A stretch of DNA of 64,000 bases, taken from the NCBI GenBank assembly GCA_963675745.2, contig CAXXWX010000026.1, forward strand, positions 811,655 to 875,654, in the 5' to 3' direction. This DNA comes from Phycisphaerae bacterium. Lineage in GTDB: Bacteria; Planctomycetota; Phycisphaerae; UBA1845; Fen-1342. Positions 31,263 to 41,162 of the stretch are shown here, in pieces. Position 1 is the first letter of the stretch, and each line of letters opens with the position of its first letter. The notes under the pieces are model-generated. The model was given only the letters and a program-made list of their open reading frames with translations. It did not search any database and was not told where the DNA came from. The position numbers were made by a program, and so were the translations under genes.

Positions 31263-33119
31263 ATGAGAAGCCGTGCCGAATTTGTGGCGATGGCACGCAC
31301 TCCCCTGCTGCTGTCGGTGGCTGTACTTCTTGGATGCGGAGACGGATTTGGCTTTCCGTGGGGCCGTAAGCAAGACAAGCCGGCGGAACCCAAGCCGAAG
31401 CTGGTTGACCAGCGCGACGCCGTCCGGGCCGATACGGTCGGGGCGTTGACGCTGGTTGGTAACGCCGGCCCGCTCCAGGTTAAGGGCTTTGGGGTGGTGG
31501 TTGGGCTCAACGGCAGCGGCAGCCGTGATTGCGCGTCATCGATTCGCACGTACCTGATCGACAATCTCCAGAAGTTGATCGCCAGCAACAGTTGGTACTT
31601 TTCCGATCCCGGCATTGAACCGGCCGACCTGATCGAGTCGCCCGACACCGCGGTGGTTGAGCTGACCGCGTACATCGACCCAGGCGCGTGTCAGGGGTCG
31701 CGTCTCGACGTGGCGGTTGCCGCCGCCACCGGCACGCAAACGCGATCACTCGAGGGCGGTCTGCTGCTGCAGGCCGAGCTGAAGCGCGTGGGGCGCGCGA
31801 GCGGCGGCCCCGGGATCATCACCGGACGGACCGTGGGCTATGCCCGGGGGCCGGTGTTCACCAACCCGTTCGCCGCCGAGACCGAAGGCACGTTCTCCGC
31901 CGATCCGCGCCGGGCGACGGTGTTGGGTGGCGGAATAACTCTCGAACAGCGCCCCACAAAGCTGATTCTGAAGCAGCCGTCATATCCCATGGCGCGCCGG
32001 ATTGAGCAGCGTCTGAACGAGACGTTCGGCCACCGCCGGCCGGCCATCGCCGAGGCCATGAGTCAATCGTATCTATATCTGCGCACGCCGCCGCGTTTCG
32101 CCACGTATCCGAGCCACCTGGTCGATGTCGCCACACATGTGTACTTGCGAAATGACCCGGCGTTCTTTGATGCCAAGCTGGCCGAACTCGCCAGAATCGC
32201 CAGCCAGCCGGACGCACCCTACGAGACGCTGTCAGCCGCCTGGGTCGGGCTTGGCCGGATTGCCGTGCCCCGGATTCAGCCGCTTTACACCAGCGAAAAC
32301 CCCGCGCTGGGCTTTTACGCGCTGCAAGCGGGAGTGCGGATGAACGACGCGACGGCGGTGCGGCTGATGGGCGAGATCGCACTGCAAGCAGAGCATCCGT
32401 ATCGCTTTCAGGCCACCCGTGAGCTTTCCAATGCGCTGCTGCCGATCGCGGCGCTTCGGCTGTTACCACTGTTGAATGATATCGATCCCGACATACGTGT
32501 CGCCGCATATGAAGGCCTGTTGCGACACGAGCACCCGGCCGTTCAGTCACGTTCGTTTGGCCACCGCCTGGACCCGACACAGGTCAATCTGACGCTGGAC
32601 GCGATCGAGTCGGACGCACCGCCGCTCATCCACGTACGGCGTTCGCGCGCGCCGCGAATTGCCGTTTTTGGCAGAGACGTGCCGATCATGCGACCACTGT
32701 TCTACAAACACCATGACGAGCGTATGATCCTCAACTGCACCAATGAACACGACGATCTGACGCTGCTGATTCAGATCATCCCCGAGGGGCCTGCCGAAGC
32801 TTTCAAAGTACGCCCCAATGTCGTGGATCTGATCGCGGTGCTGGCGCGGCGACCGGACAAGGACGGCGAGGGCCAGTTGCGCGGCGCCGGCCAACCGTAT
32901 GCGAAGGTCATCGAGATTCTCGCGGCCCTCTCGCGCGAGGGCATAATACCCGCTCCCGTGTTGTTCGAGCGCGTGGCGCTTCAGGAGCTGCTGGGAGACG
33001 AAGACACAATGACGCGCCCCGAAGCCGATGAGCCGACGCTCGACGAATACGAAGCCGGCGACGACTCTTGGGAGCGTGGAGAGGCCGAGTGGTTTGATGA
33101 CCCGCCCCCGGACGAATAG
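31263..33119 (+). CDS. FlgI (P-ring)-like lipoprotein with HEAT-like C-terminal region
   Basis: LLGC lipobox; VKGFGVVVGLNGSGS, G.RLDVAV...RSLEGGLLL FlgI motifs; LLPLLNDIDPDIRVAAYEGL is HEAT-like. Start codon uncertain (31263 or 31290). Confidence 0.75.
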   Translation: MRSRAEFVAMARTPLLLSVAVLLGCGDGFGFPWGRKQDKPAEPKPKLVDQRDAVRADTVGALTLVGNAGPLQVKGFGVVVGLNGSGSRDCASSIRTYLIDNLQKLIASNSWYFSDPGIEPADLIESPDTAVVELTAYIDPGACQGSRLDVAVAAATGTQTRSLEGGLLLQAELKRVGRASGGPGIITGRTVGYARGPVFTNPFAAETEGTFSADPRRATVLGGGITLEQRPTKLILKQPSYPMARRIEQRLNETFGHRRPAIAEAMSQSYLYLRTPPRFATYPSHLVDVATHVYLRNDPAFFDAKLAELARIASQPDAPYETLSAAWVGLGRIAVPRIQPLYTSENPALGFYALQAGVRMNDATAVRLMGEIALQAEHPYRFQATRELSNALLPIAALRLLPLLNDIDPDIRVAAYEGLLRHEHPAVQSRSFGHRLDPTQVNLTLDAIESDAPPLIHVRRSRAPRIAVFGRDVPIMRPLFYKHHDERMILNCTNEHDDLTLLIQIIPEGPAEAFKVRPNVVDLIAVLARRPDKDGEGQLRGAGQPYAKVIEILAALSREGIIPAPVLFERVALQELLGDEDTMTRPEADEPTLDEYEAGDDSWERGEAEWFDDPPPDE

Positions 33120-33122
33120 CCC

Positions 33123-34040
33123 ATGACCGCGGCAACAACAGCCAAGACACGCGTGCGCTTGCAGAAATACCTGGCCGATTCGGGCGTCGCATCGCGGCGG
33201 CGCGCCGAGGAGTTGATCCTCCTGGGGCGCGTGCTGGTGAACGACCAGATCGTCGATGAGTTGCCGGCCTTTGTCGACCCGCGCCGCGACAAGGTGATCG
33301 TCGACGGCGACGTGCTTCGTTCGCAGAAACTCGAGTACTTCATCGTGAACAAGCCAAAGGGCGTCGTGTGCACAAACCGCGATCCGGCGGGCCGCCCGCG
33401 CGCGGTTGACCTGCTGCCCCCAATACGCGAACGCCTGTTCGTTGTCGGCCGGCTCGACGCGGACAGCACCGGCCTGCTGCTGATGACCAATGACGGTGAA
33501 CTGGCCGAGCGGATCACACATCCGCGTTTTGGCGTTGCCAAAACCTACCGGGCCGAGGTTGATGGCCGCGCCGCGCCTGAGCTGCTGGAGCGCATGAAAA
33601 AGGGCATCTATCTGTCCGCCGGCAAAGTTGTGGCGGAAGACGCCGAGATCGTCCACTGTGGCAAGCAGCGTTCGGTGCTGCACATCACGCTGCACGAGGG
33701 GCGCAACCGACAGGTGCGCCGCATGCTGGCGCGCCTCGGCCACAAAGTCCGGTCGCTCAAGCGCCTCAGCATCGGACCGCTGTCGGTGAAACGCTTGCCA
33801 CCGGGAGCATCGCGACGATTGAGCGCGCGCGAACTTGACGCCTTGCGCACGGCCACCGCGGACGCCGCCGCGCAAGCCGCCACAAGCGTGAAGCCGCGCA
33901 AACGGCGACCGGCCAAGGCTGCCGCGCGGCGTCCGTCCAAAGCACCGGCACGACCCCCCAAGTCGGCAGCCCCCAAGCGCGCGAGGAAGACCACAGCAAA
34001 GAAACAGAGCGATACGCCCCGCCGCCGCATTGTGAAGTAA
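33123..34040 (+). CDS. rRNA pseudouridine synthase (RsuA/RluB family)
   Basis: RLQKYLADSGVASRRRAEELI (S4), NKPKG, VGRLDADSTGLLLMTNDG, EGRNRQVRRM; basic C-terminal tail. Confidence 0.93.
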   Translation: MTAATTAKTRVRLQKYLADSGVASRRRAEELILLGRVLVNDQIVDELPAFVDPRRDKVIVDGDVLRSQKLEYFIVNKPKGVVCTNRDPAGRPRAVDLLPPIRERLFVVGRLDADSTGLLLMTNDGELAERITHPRFGVAKTYRAEVDGRAAPELLERMKKGIYLSAGKVVAEDAEIVHCGKQRSVLHITLHEGRNRQVRRMLARLGHKVRSLKRLSIGPLSVKRLPPGASRRLSARELDALRTATADAAAQAATSVKPRKRRPAKAAARRPSKAPARPPKSAAPKRARKTTAKKQSDTPRRRIVK

Positions 34041-34064
34041 CGCGGTTCGAGGATGCCGGCGGCG

Positions 34065-34859
34065 TCACTCCAGTATCACATACGCACGGCGCGAGACTTC
34101 GACAAACCCGAGTTTCAAGGCGGCTTGCATGGATGCCACATTGGTTTCGCCGGCGCTCCAGACTGGTGTCTGGCCGGCTTCGAGAATGCGACGGGTGACA
34201 ATGGTGGCGGCAGCCGCCGCGAACCCGCGTCGCCGCCACGCCTCCAGCGTATGAACTCCCACATTCGCGTAGTACCGCGAACGCGCGGACGTGTGGCAGA
34301 TTGACACCACCTGCCCATCGATGATCGCCCCGGCGGCAAAACCCTCGCGCAGCAGCGCGGCGACGCTCCCGAAGCCCAGGGCGCGCATGTCATGCGGAGC
34401 GCCGTCGAGCAACGCCGCGTCCGCCGGCGTCAATTCCCGTACGTCCGCACACTCCACGTCGGGCGGCGGCCGCGTCAGCGTGAAATACACGTCGCCCAGG
34501 TAGCGCACGCTTCTGCGCCGCTCGCGTGCGATCAACGGCCCCAGCACCCGGGCGCAGCGCTGCGAAACGCACACGCACTCCCAGCCGTCAATGCCACGCA
34601 GCAACGACCACAGAGCCGCGGCGTCCTCACCAAAACCGTCCGGCTCGCCGGGCACCTCGGGTCGGCAAATCAGCGCAGCTCGGCAGTATCCAGGCTCCCC
34701 GACCACAAACGCGTCACACAACCCCCGCCGCAAAGCATGCACCGCGATCACGGTCTCGGGCGATTCACCCAGCGCGTCGGCCAGCGCCCCACAACCAGCG
34801 CGGTCGAGCGGGGAGTTGCGGCCATTCCGCACAGCGCTGTGGTCGAGTGGTCGTCCCAT
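34065..34859 (-). CDS. GNAT family N-acetyltransferase
   Basis: VGVHTLEAWRRRGFAAAA...NVASMQAALKLGF. Confidence 0.85.
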   Translation of the reverse strand: MGRPLDHSAVRNGRNSPLDRAGCGALADALGESPETVIAVHALRRGLCDAFVVGEPGYCRAALICRPEVPGEPDGFGEDAAALWSLLRGIDGWECVCVSQRCARVLGPLIARERRRSVRYLGDVYFTLTRPPPDVECADVRELTPADAALLDGAPHDMRALGFGSVAALLREGFAAGAIIDGQVVSICHTSARSRYYANVGVHTLEAWRRRGFAAAAATIVTRRILEAGQTPVWSAGETNVASMQAALKLGFVEVSRRAYVILE

Positions 34860-34905
34860 TCCCTCTTCGCGCTAGCATGCCAGGCGCGTACTAACTGCAA
34901 TCGCG

Positions 34906-35721
34906 TCATTCCCCCCCCGCCGCCGCATCCGGGCCGGCGAGCGGGTCCGGGATGATGATTTGAGCCGCCGCACTGACAACCCGGACAGCGTTCACCTTGT
35001 CATCGACAATCGCAAACAGGTAATAGCTGCCGATGGCCAAACGCGCACTATCCGCGTCCGTGCCATCCCATGCAAAGGTGCCCTGCGTCGCCTCGTCTTC
35101 GAGAGTCACATCGTGGATGAAGATCTCGTTGCCGCTGGCGTGATCCGCATCGCTGTCGATGCCGATGCGCGCGGTGGCGTCCCCTTCCGCGTCTACCGCC
35201 TCCCAGGTCAGTGTGACCTGCTCATCCTCCGGCACCGAAGCATCCTCGGCGGGCTCGAGGAACGTGAACCGCGGCTCGCCATCGACCGTGATCTGGCCGC
35301 CGGCCGTGGCCTCGTGTTTCACCTGGCCGTCTGCCACAATCCGCGCGCGGATCACGTATGTGCCCGCCGGGTACACCAGCCGGTTCGGATCGCCGTCGAT
35401 GAGCTGGCCGGCATCCCATCCGACGGATTCCTCGAAATTGCCCTCGGGGATTGGGATCCCCTGCTTCAGCGTGAACGACTGGAGCGAGGGGCGGTGTTCG
35501 AGAATCAGGTCCACGGTCGCCGCGCGGCCGGATTCCTTGTACGAACGCCAGATTATCTGCACGACGGTCTTTTGCGGGACCGACCTGCTGCCCGCCGGGG
35601 TGGTCAAGGTGACAGCGAAGATGTCGTCGCGCTCCACCAGGGTCTGCGGGTCGGGCTGAATACAAGCGTTCCCCGCCAAGCCGGCCAGAACAGCCAATGT
35701 GAGCAAGACACTTATGCGCAT
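34906..35721 (-). CDS. Hypothetical lipoprotein with Ig-like domains
   Basis: Signal peptide ending GNAC; repeated beta-rich units (WD...G.Y.I.A). Confidence 0.65.
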   Translation of the reverse strand: MRISVLLTLAVLAGLAGNACIQPDPQTLVERDDIFAVTLTTPAGSRSVPQKTVVQIIWRSYKESGRAATVDLILEHRPSLQSFTLKQGIPIPEGNFEESVGWDAGQLIDGDPNRLVYPAGTYVIRARIVADGQVKHEATAGGQITVDGEPRFTFLEPAEDASVPEDEQVTLTWEAVDAEGDATARIGIDSDADHASGNEIFIHDVTLEDEATQGTFAWDGTDADSARLAIGSYYLFAIVDDKVNAVRVVSAAAQIIIPDPLAGPDAAAGGE

Positions 35722-36070
35722 TGAAATACCCTTGTTAAGAATCGGATCGCCGCCTCATCGACGGGGATGCACGTATTGTTATCGGCATCTGGCTGACGTT
35801 GCGTTGATCAGCTTCGGGTGATCGCCGATTCGGTCGGCTCCATTCCATTATTTGCCCGGCCGGAGCGTCGTCAAGCGTCGGCGGGCGGGTGCTGGCTCCC
35901 GCTGCAACCGCTCCCGGGGCCGCTCCCCCACAGCCGGTGGCGGTAATTGACCAGGCTGCTAAGATTCCCGCGGGCGCGTCGCCCGATAGGATAAGCACCA
36001 TCACGCCACGCTCGAAGACGCAGAGCCGACAGCGTGGCCGCAGCGGCAGACCTTCGACACAGGTGGATGA

Positions 36071-36637
36071 ATGCAGGGAAAGCTCACGTTTACAGTGTCA
36101 TTATGCCTGGCGACGCTCGCGGTGGCGGGTTGCATAAACTTCGATGCCTTCGTCAACAACACCAAGGAGATCGAGGGCCAGGTCGGCGTCGTGTTCACAA
36201 ACAGCACGATCTACAACATCTCGTTCACCTGGGGCACCTGGAATGATCTCGACCGTCAGACACCCCGCTTGGTGGATATCGATCAGGTACGGCTTTCAGG
36301 GCTGACCTCGACGGATATTCGCCTGCTGCCGTGCGCCCGCAACATGGCGATCGGGACAGATAAGTTCGTCGATTGGGTCATGCTGAGCAGCGAGATTGAC
36401 GAACTCGCTTTCGAGATTGAGCTGCTCAATCCGGTCGTACACTTCTCAGACGCCGCCACGGATACCGATGCCTCAACGTCGCCGACGGTTGGCACGGCGG
36501 AAGGCGTCGAATTGCTGCTGGGCCTGGACTATAGCTGCGACGACCAGATCATGATCACGTTCGTGGAGGATCCCGACGCCACCGGCGGCTTCAGGCTCGA
36601 GTGGGCCGTCATCAAAGATCAGAACCGCGACGAGTAG
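36071..36637 (+). CDS. Hypothetical lipoprotein
   Basis: VAGC lipobox; acidic body with a Cys pair. Confidence 0.7.
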   Translation: MQGKLTFTVSLCLATLAVAGCINFDAFVNNTKEIEGQVGVVFTNSTIYNISFTWGTWNDLDRQTPRLVDIDQVRLSGLTSTDIRLLPCARNMAIGTDKFVDWVMLSSEIDELAFEIELLNPVVHFSDAATDTDASTSPTVGTAEGVELLLGLDYSCDDQIMITFVEDPDATGGFRLEWAVIKDQNRDE

Positions 36638-36653
36638 CGGGGCGCCCCACGGC

Positions 36654-37223
36654 TCAGTGCCAGCACTCCTTGGCAATTGGCACAATCACCAGCAAGAGAC
36701 ACTGCCATTCAACAGCCGCGGCACGCCATAAGCTTGCGCCGCGCGCTGCAAACGGCGTCGGTATCGGCGTGCGCGGCAACCAACGCGGCACGCGCCGGCA
36801 GTAGGCTGTGTAAGCTTCACCGTAGCGCTTGTTCAGACGATCTTCCTCAAAGCGTACGGCGGCATGGTACACCAGGGCCACCCAAGCCAACGCAAAGGGC
36901 AGCACCCAGGGAAGCTCGCACGTCACGCAAAGCCCCGCAAACATGAGAAGATTGCCAAGGTAGACCGGATTGCGCGTCCAGGCATACGGACCCACCGTCG
37001 CCAGCCCCTTCCCCTCACGCAATCGATACCGCAGATATCGTTGCGCCCAGATGCGAAGCGCCACGCCCACAAGGAACAGCGCCAGGCCAACGCCCCATAC
37101 TCCCGGCTCGTACTCCCACTCCCACCGTGTCCAAAACAGGAGGAAGGCGACCAGCGGGACCATGAGCAGCCCGCGCAGCTTAAAGGCGACGGCCTGATGA
37201 AGTCGGTAGGGTCTGTTCTGCAT
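36654..37223 (-). CDS. Isoprenylcysteine carboxylmethyltransferase (ICMT/PEMT) family membrane protein
   Basis: LATVGPYAWTRNPVYLG, FEEDRL..RYGEAY.AYCRRVPRWLP. Confidence 0.88.
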   Translation of the reverse strand: MQNRPYRLHQAVAFKLRGLLMVPLVAFLLFWTRWEWEYEPGVWGVGLALFLVGVALRIWAQRYLRYRLREGKGLATVGPYAWTRNPVYLGNLLMFAGLCVTCELPWVLPFALAWVALVYHAAVRFEEDRLNKRYGEAYTAYCRRVPRWLPRTPIPTPFAARGASLWRAAAVEWQCLLLVIVPIAKECWH

Positions 37224-37274
37224 AACGGTTTCCTCTAACTCCTTGGAATCTGAACCGGCCTCGGGGGCCGGCTA

Positions 37275-37616
37275 CTACGTCGGGGCGCTTTCGCGGCGGA
37301 GACGCAGGCGTTTGCGCTGGCGGTGAATCAGGATCAGGTTGCGCAGGTAGATGATGACGCCGAGGCCCTGGCCGGCTACGAACACGGGGTCTTTACGCAG
37401 CAGCGCATAGGTGCCGAGCATCACGCCCCCCAGCAGACTCAACCACCAGAAGATCACCGGCACCGTGCTCTTGCCGCGGCGCTCGGAGACGTACCACTGC
37501 ACGAGAAAACGCGACATGAAAACGCCCTGCGCCGCGAACCCGAACAACACCAGCAGCCACTGGCCCGTAGTCCGCGGCCAGTCCACCGTTGAGAGGGCAT
37601 CGGCGAGGACGCTCAT
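37275..37616 (-). CDS. Lipid A biosynthesis N-terminal domain (LAB_N) membrane protein
   Basis: GFAAQGVFMSRFLVQWYVSERRGKSTVPVIFWWLSLLGG...DPVF..GQ...IYLRNL. Confidence 0.85.
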   Translation of the reverse strand: MSVLADALSTVDWPRTTGQWLLVLFGFAAQGVFMSRFLVQWYVSERRGKSTVPVIFWWLSLLGGVMLGTYALLRKDPVFVAGQGLGVIIYLRNLILIHRQRKRLRLRRESAPT

Positions 37617-38437
37617 TTGTTGCAGTAGTCGATGATGCGCGCGATTTCGCTGCGCAGATTCTTGCGGTGAACGATGCGGTCAACGAATCCGTGTTCAAGC
37701 ATGAATTCGGCGCTCTGAAATCCCTCCGGTAACGTGGCGTTGATGGTCTCGGCGATCACGCGCGGGCCGGCGAAGCCGATCAGGGCGCGCGGCTCGGCGA
37801 GAGTCACGTCACCCAGAAAAGCGAAACTGGCCGCGACGCCGGCGGTGGTCGGGTCGGTCATCACGACGATATACAACCCGCCGGCATCATCGAGCCGCGC
37901 GATGGCGGCCGAGGTCTTGGCCATCTGCACCAGTGAGACCATGCCTTCCATCATGCGCGCGCCGCCGCTACAGGTGATCAGCACGAGCGGCAGATTTTCA
38001 TTGACGGCCTGCTCGGCGGCGGCGCTGACTTTTTCGCCCACCACGCTGCCCATTGAGCCCATGATGAAGGCCGGGTTCATCACGCCCAGAATCACGGGCC
38101 GGCCTTTTATGAAGCTCTTGCCGACGATGATGGCTTCGGTTTCGTTGCTGGCCTTCCGCGTGCTCGCGAGCCGGTCCTGGTAGGTCATGCGATCTTCGAA
38201 ATCCAGCGGGTCGCTCGACTCGAGATCAGGCAGGAACTCTTCGAAGGTGTCCGGGTCGCTTAGCTGCCTGATGCGCGTGCGCGCGTCGAGCCGGTTGTGG
38301 TATCCGCACTCGGGACAGACGTTCAGCTCTTCTTCGAGAATGCGGTGATAGACCATGGCGCCGCAGTGCGGGCAGCGGACCCACAGACCTTCCGGCACAT
38401 CAACGTTGCGTCGCGCTTGTGAGGGTGTCTCTGCCAT
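37613..38437 (-). CDS. accD: Acetyl-CoA carboxylase carboxyltransferase beta subunit
   Basis: GLWVRCPHC...VCPEC zinc finger, GSMGSVVGEK, SGGARMMEG, PTTAGV.ASFA, GFAGPRVI. Confidence 0.96.
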   Translation of the reverse strand: MAETPSQARRNVDVPEGLWVRCPHCGAMVYHRILEEELNVCPECGYHNRLDARTRIRQLSDPDTFEEFLPDLESSDPLDFEDRMTYQDRLASTRKASNETEAIIVGKSFIKGRPVILGVMNPAFIMGSMGSVVGEKVSAAAEQAVNENLPLVLITCSGGARMMEGMVSLVQMAKTSAAIARLDDAGGLYIVVMTDPTTAGVAASFAFLGDVTLAEPRALIGFAGPRVIAETINATLPEGFQSAEFMLEHGFVDRIVHRKNLRSEIARIIDYCNK

Positions 38438-39043
38438 TCACACTCCTATCGATCCCGAGCCGCGCTTGCCTGACGCCACGGCCGCCTGAGCCTGCTCGCG
38501 CTCGATGACGACCGGGTCGCGCTCGCGCCGCGCGTCCCATACTCCGGCGATCTCCAGTTCGCCGAGCGCACAACGCGCCAGGGCACGAGACAAGGGCCGC
38601 ATCACCAACCCAACTGTCTCCTTGCCATTCCTCTTGAGACGCCTGCGCAGCCAATCAACCACACGCTCGGCGGCGTCGGCCACCTGTTCGCCCCCCGGCG
38701 GGCTCACGTTGAGCGGCGCATCAACCAGTTGACGATGGGCCTTGGCAAAACGGCTCTTCAGTTCCGCCTCGGTCAGACCCGCCCACAATCCCAGATCGAC
38801 CTCGGCCAACTCCGGTTCCACGCGCGTCGACACATCGAGTGCCGCGCCCAGGATTTTGGCCGTACGTTTGGCCAGCTCGTCGGGCGAGTGGTAGATGCGG
38901 GCCAGTTCCAGCGGCCGCAGAACATCGACCCACTGAGCAGCCTGGGCGGCACCCGCGTCCGACAGCGACAGGTTGGACCTTCCAAGCAGGCGCCCCTCGC
39001 CACACCACTCCGTCGCTCCGCATGGTATCAGCACGATCTTCAT
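38438..39043 (-). CDS. Histidine phosphatase-fold protein lacking the catalytic histidines
   Basis: LIPCGATEW..GRLLG...LSDAG..QA, IYHSP, LAEVDLGLWAGLT, PPGGE; RHG is replaced by PCG. Confidence 0.8.
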   Translation of the reverse strand: MKIVLIPCGATEWCGEGRLLGRSNLSLSDAGAAQAAQWVDVLRPLELARIYHSPDELAKRTAKILGAALDVSTRVEPELAEVDLGLWAGLTEAELKSRFAKAHRQLVDAPLNVSPPGGEQVADAAERVVDWLRRRLKRNGKETVGLVMRPLSRALARCALGELEIAGVWDARRERDPVVIEREQAQAAVASGKRGSGSIGV

Positions 39044-39735
39044 ACGCGCTGCCCTGCCGCTTTCCGTTGTGCCGCGACCTGTGCCGCCTGGCGTATGGTC
39101 TCGTACGCGTCGCGCGGGTTGGGTGCCTTGAAAATCGCTGAACCCACGACGAGGTTATTCGCCCCGGCGGTGACAACCATCGGTGCCGTGTCGAGGTTTA
39201 TTCCGCCATCGACCTGGAGCTGCTGTTCGGCCGTCATGCGCGCGGCGAGCTCCGAGATCTTGTCGAGGCAGTCCGTGATAAACTTCTGTCCGCCAAACCC
39301 GGGCCAGACAGTCATGACCAGAGCAAGGTCAACGCTCTCGATGACGTCGAACACGGCGCTGGCCGGCGTGCCGGGATTCAGCGAGACGCCAACCGTCACG
39401 CCGTAACCGCGAATGGTCTCGATCAGTGCGGCGGGATCGTCCGTTGTCTCGATGTGAAAAGTGATGTGGCCCGCACCGGCATCGACGAACGCCTTTGCCA
39501 ACTTGTCCGGCTCGGTGACCATCAAGTGCACGTCGAGCAGCGCGGCGCTGCACTGTCTGACGCTCGTGACGACCCCCGGCCCAATCGAGAGGTTTGGGAC
39601 AAAGTGCCCATCCATGATATCGAGGTGCAGCCAGTCGGCGCCGGCCGCTTCGACCTCGTTGATCTCCTCACCCAGCCGGCCGAAATCGGCATTCAGCAGT
39701 GAAGGGGCGATTCGGATGTTGGGCACGTCGGGCAA
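39040..39735 (-). CDS. rpe: Ribulose-phosphate 3-epimerase
   Basis: IAPSLLNADF, HLDIMDGHFVPN, DVHLM, MTVWPGFGGQKF, VDGGIN. Confidence 0.96.
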   Translation of the reverse strand: MPDVPNIRIAPSLLNADFGRLGEEINEVEAAGADWLHLDIMDGHFVPNLSIGPGVVTSVRQCSAALLDVHLMVTEPDKLAKAFVDAGAGHITFHIETTDDPAALIETIRGYGVTVGVSLNPGTPASAVFDVIESVDLALVMTVWPGFGGQKFITDCLDKISELAARMTAEQQLQVDGGINLDTAPMVVTAGANNLVVGSAIFKAPNPRDAYETIRQAAQVAAQRKAAGQRV

Positions 39736-39746
39736 GTGGTGCTCCG

Positions 39747-39816
39747 GTCAGGTGTCAGCGGTCAGCGGTCAGCAGTCAGCTATCAGCTATCAGCTATCAG
39801 CGGTCAGCTATCAGCG
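39747..39816. repeat. Heptamer tandem repeat, 10 x RTCAGCN
   Basis: gtcaggt gtcagcg gtcagcg gtcagca gtcagct atcagct atcagct atcagcg gtcagct atcagcg; includes the pgk stop codon. Confidence 0.9.
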
Positions 39817-41060
39817 TTGTCTATGATCTCGATCGGGTCGAATTTCTTGCCTTCGAGGAACTTCAACGACGCGCCGCCGCCCGTGCTGATGTGCGTCATG
39901 CGCGCCGAAAGGCCCGCCTGCTCGACGGCCGCCGCACTGTCCCCGCCCCCGATGACGGTCACCGCGCCGCGATCCGTTGCGCGGGCGATGTGCTCGGCCA
40001 GGGCGAATGTCGCCGCGTCGAACGGCTTGATCTCGAAAGCACCGACGGGACCGTTCCAGACGATCGTATTGGCCTCTGCGATGACCTGTTCGTACTGCGC
40101 CAGCGTTTTGGGCCCGATGTCCAGTCCCATCATGCCGTCCGGCAGGTCACCTTCAATGACAGCGGACTCGACGCCCGCCTTCAGTTCACCGGCCGCCACG
40201 GAGTCAACCGGCAACTGGAGCTTCTGGCCGGCTTCGGCGAGCAGCGAACTTGCGAGATCAAGCTTGTCCAGCTCGCAGAGGCTCTTGCCGACCCGTTTGC
40301 CTTGCGCGGCCCAGAAAGTGTAGGTCATGGCCCCACCGATCAGGATGCGGTCGACCTTTGTCAATAAACTCTTGATAACATTGATCTTATCACTGACTTT
40401 GGCGCCGCCCAGGACCGCCACAAAAGGTCGCGGCGGAGCTTCCAGCGCTTTCCCCAGATACTCAAGCTCTTTTTGCACCAGGAAACCGATCGCGCGCTTG
40501 CCCGGGCCCAGGAGCTCGGGCACGTCGTACATGCTGACGTGCTTACGGTGGCAGGTGCCGAACGCGTCATTGATATAGACGTCCGCGAGGGCGGCCAATC
40601 CTCTGCCGAATTGACTCCGGGCCGCGTCCTGCTCGGGGGTCAGTTTGCCGTCCGCGTTCTTCTTGGCTTTGTCGATGACCGTTTCGGCCGGATTGAACCG
40701 CAGGTTTTCCAGCAACAGCACCTCTCCGTCGGCGAGTTCGGACGCCGCCCGCTCCGCCTCAGGCCCTGTGGTCACGTTGACAAAGGTGACCGGCTTGCCG
40801 AGCAGATCGCTCATCCGCGCGGCCACCGGCGCAAGTGAAAGCTTGCGATCCTGCTCCGGGTCGCCAGTGGGGCGCCCTAGGTGGCTCATCAGAATGGCCC
40901 GACCGCCCTGATCCATGACATACCGCAGCGTGGGAAGGAACATGCGAATGCGGCGGTCGTCGGAGACATTCTGGTCGTCGTCCAGAGGAACGTTCAGATC
41001 GGCGCGGATCAATACGCGTCGGCCTGCGAGTGAAAGGTCGCGGACGGACTTCTTGGCCAT
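39804..41060 (-). CDS. pgk: Phosphoglycerate kinase
   Basis: [56 protein letters not shown]. Confidence 0.97.
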   Translation of the reverse strand: MAKKSVRDLSLAGRRVLIRADLNVPLDDDQNVSDDRRIRMFLPTLRYVMDQGGRAILMSHLGRPTGDPEQDRKLSLAPVAARMSDLLGKPVTFVNVTTGPEAERAASELADGEVLLLENLRFNPAETVIDKAKKNADGKLTPEQDAARSQFGRGLAALADVYINDAFGTCHRKHVSMYDVPELLGPGKRAIGFLVQKELEYLGKALEAPPRPFVAVLGGAKVSDKINVIKSLLTKVDRILIGGAMTYTFWAAQGKRVGKSLCELDKLDLASSLLAEAGQKLQLPVDSVAAGELKAGVESAVIEGDLPDGMMGLDIGPKTLAQYEQVIAEANTIVWNGPVGAFEIKPFDAATFALAEHIARATDRGAVTVIGGGDSAAAVEQAGLSARMTHISTGGGASLKFLEGKKFDPIEIIDNADS

Positions 41061-41162
41061 GGTCTTATCCCTCAGACGCCAGTTGTAGCTGTCACCGCCG
41101 CTCAGGCGGCTGACACTCGGACGACCTCCAGCAACCCGCTGGCCGCCGCGCAGGTTCTAAGC

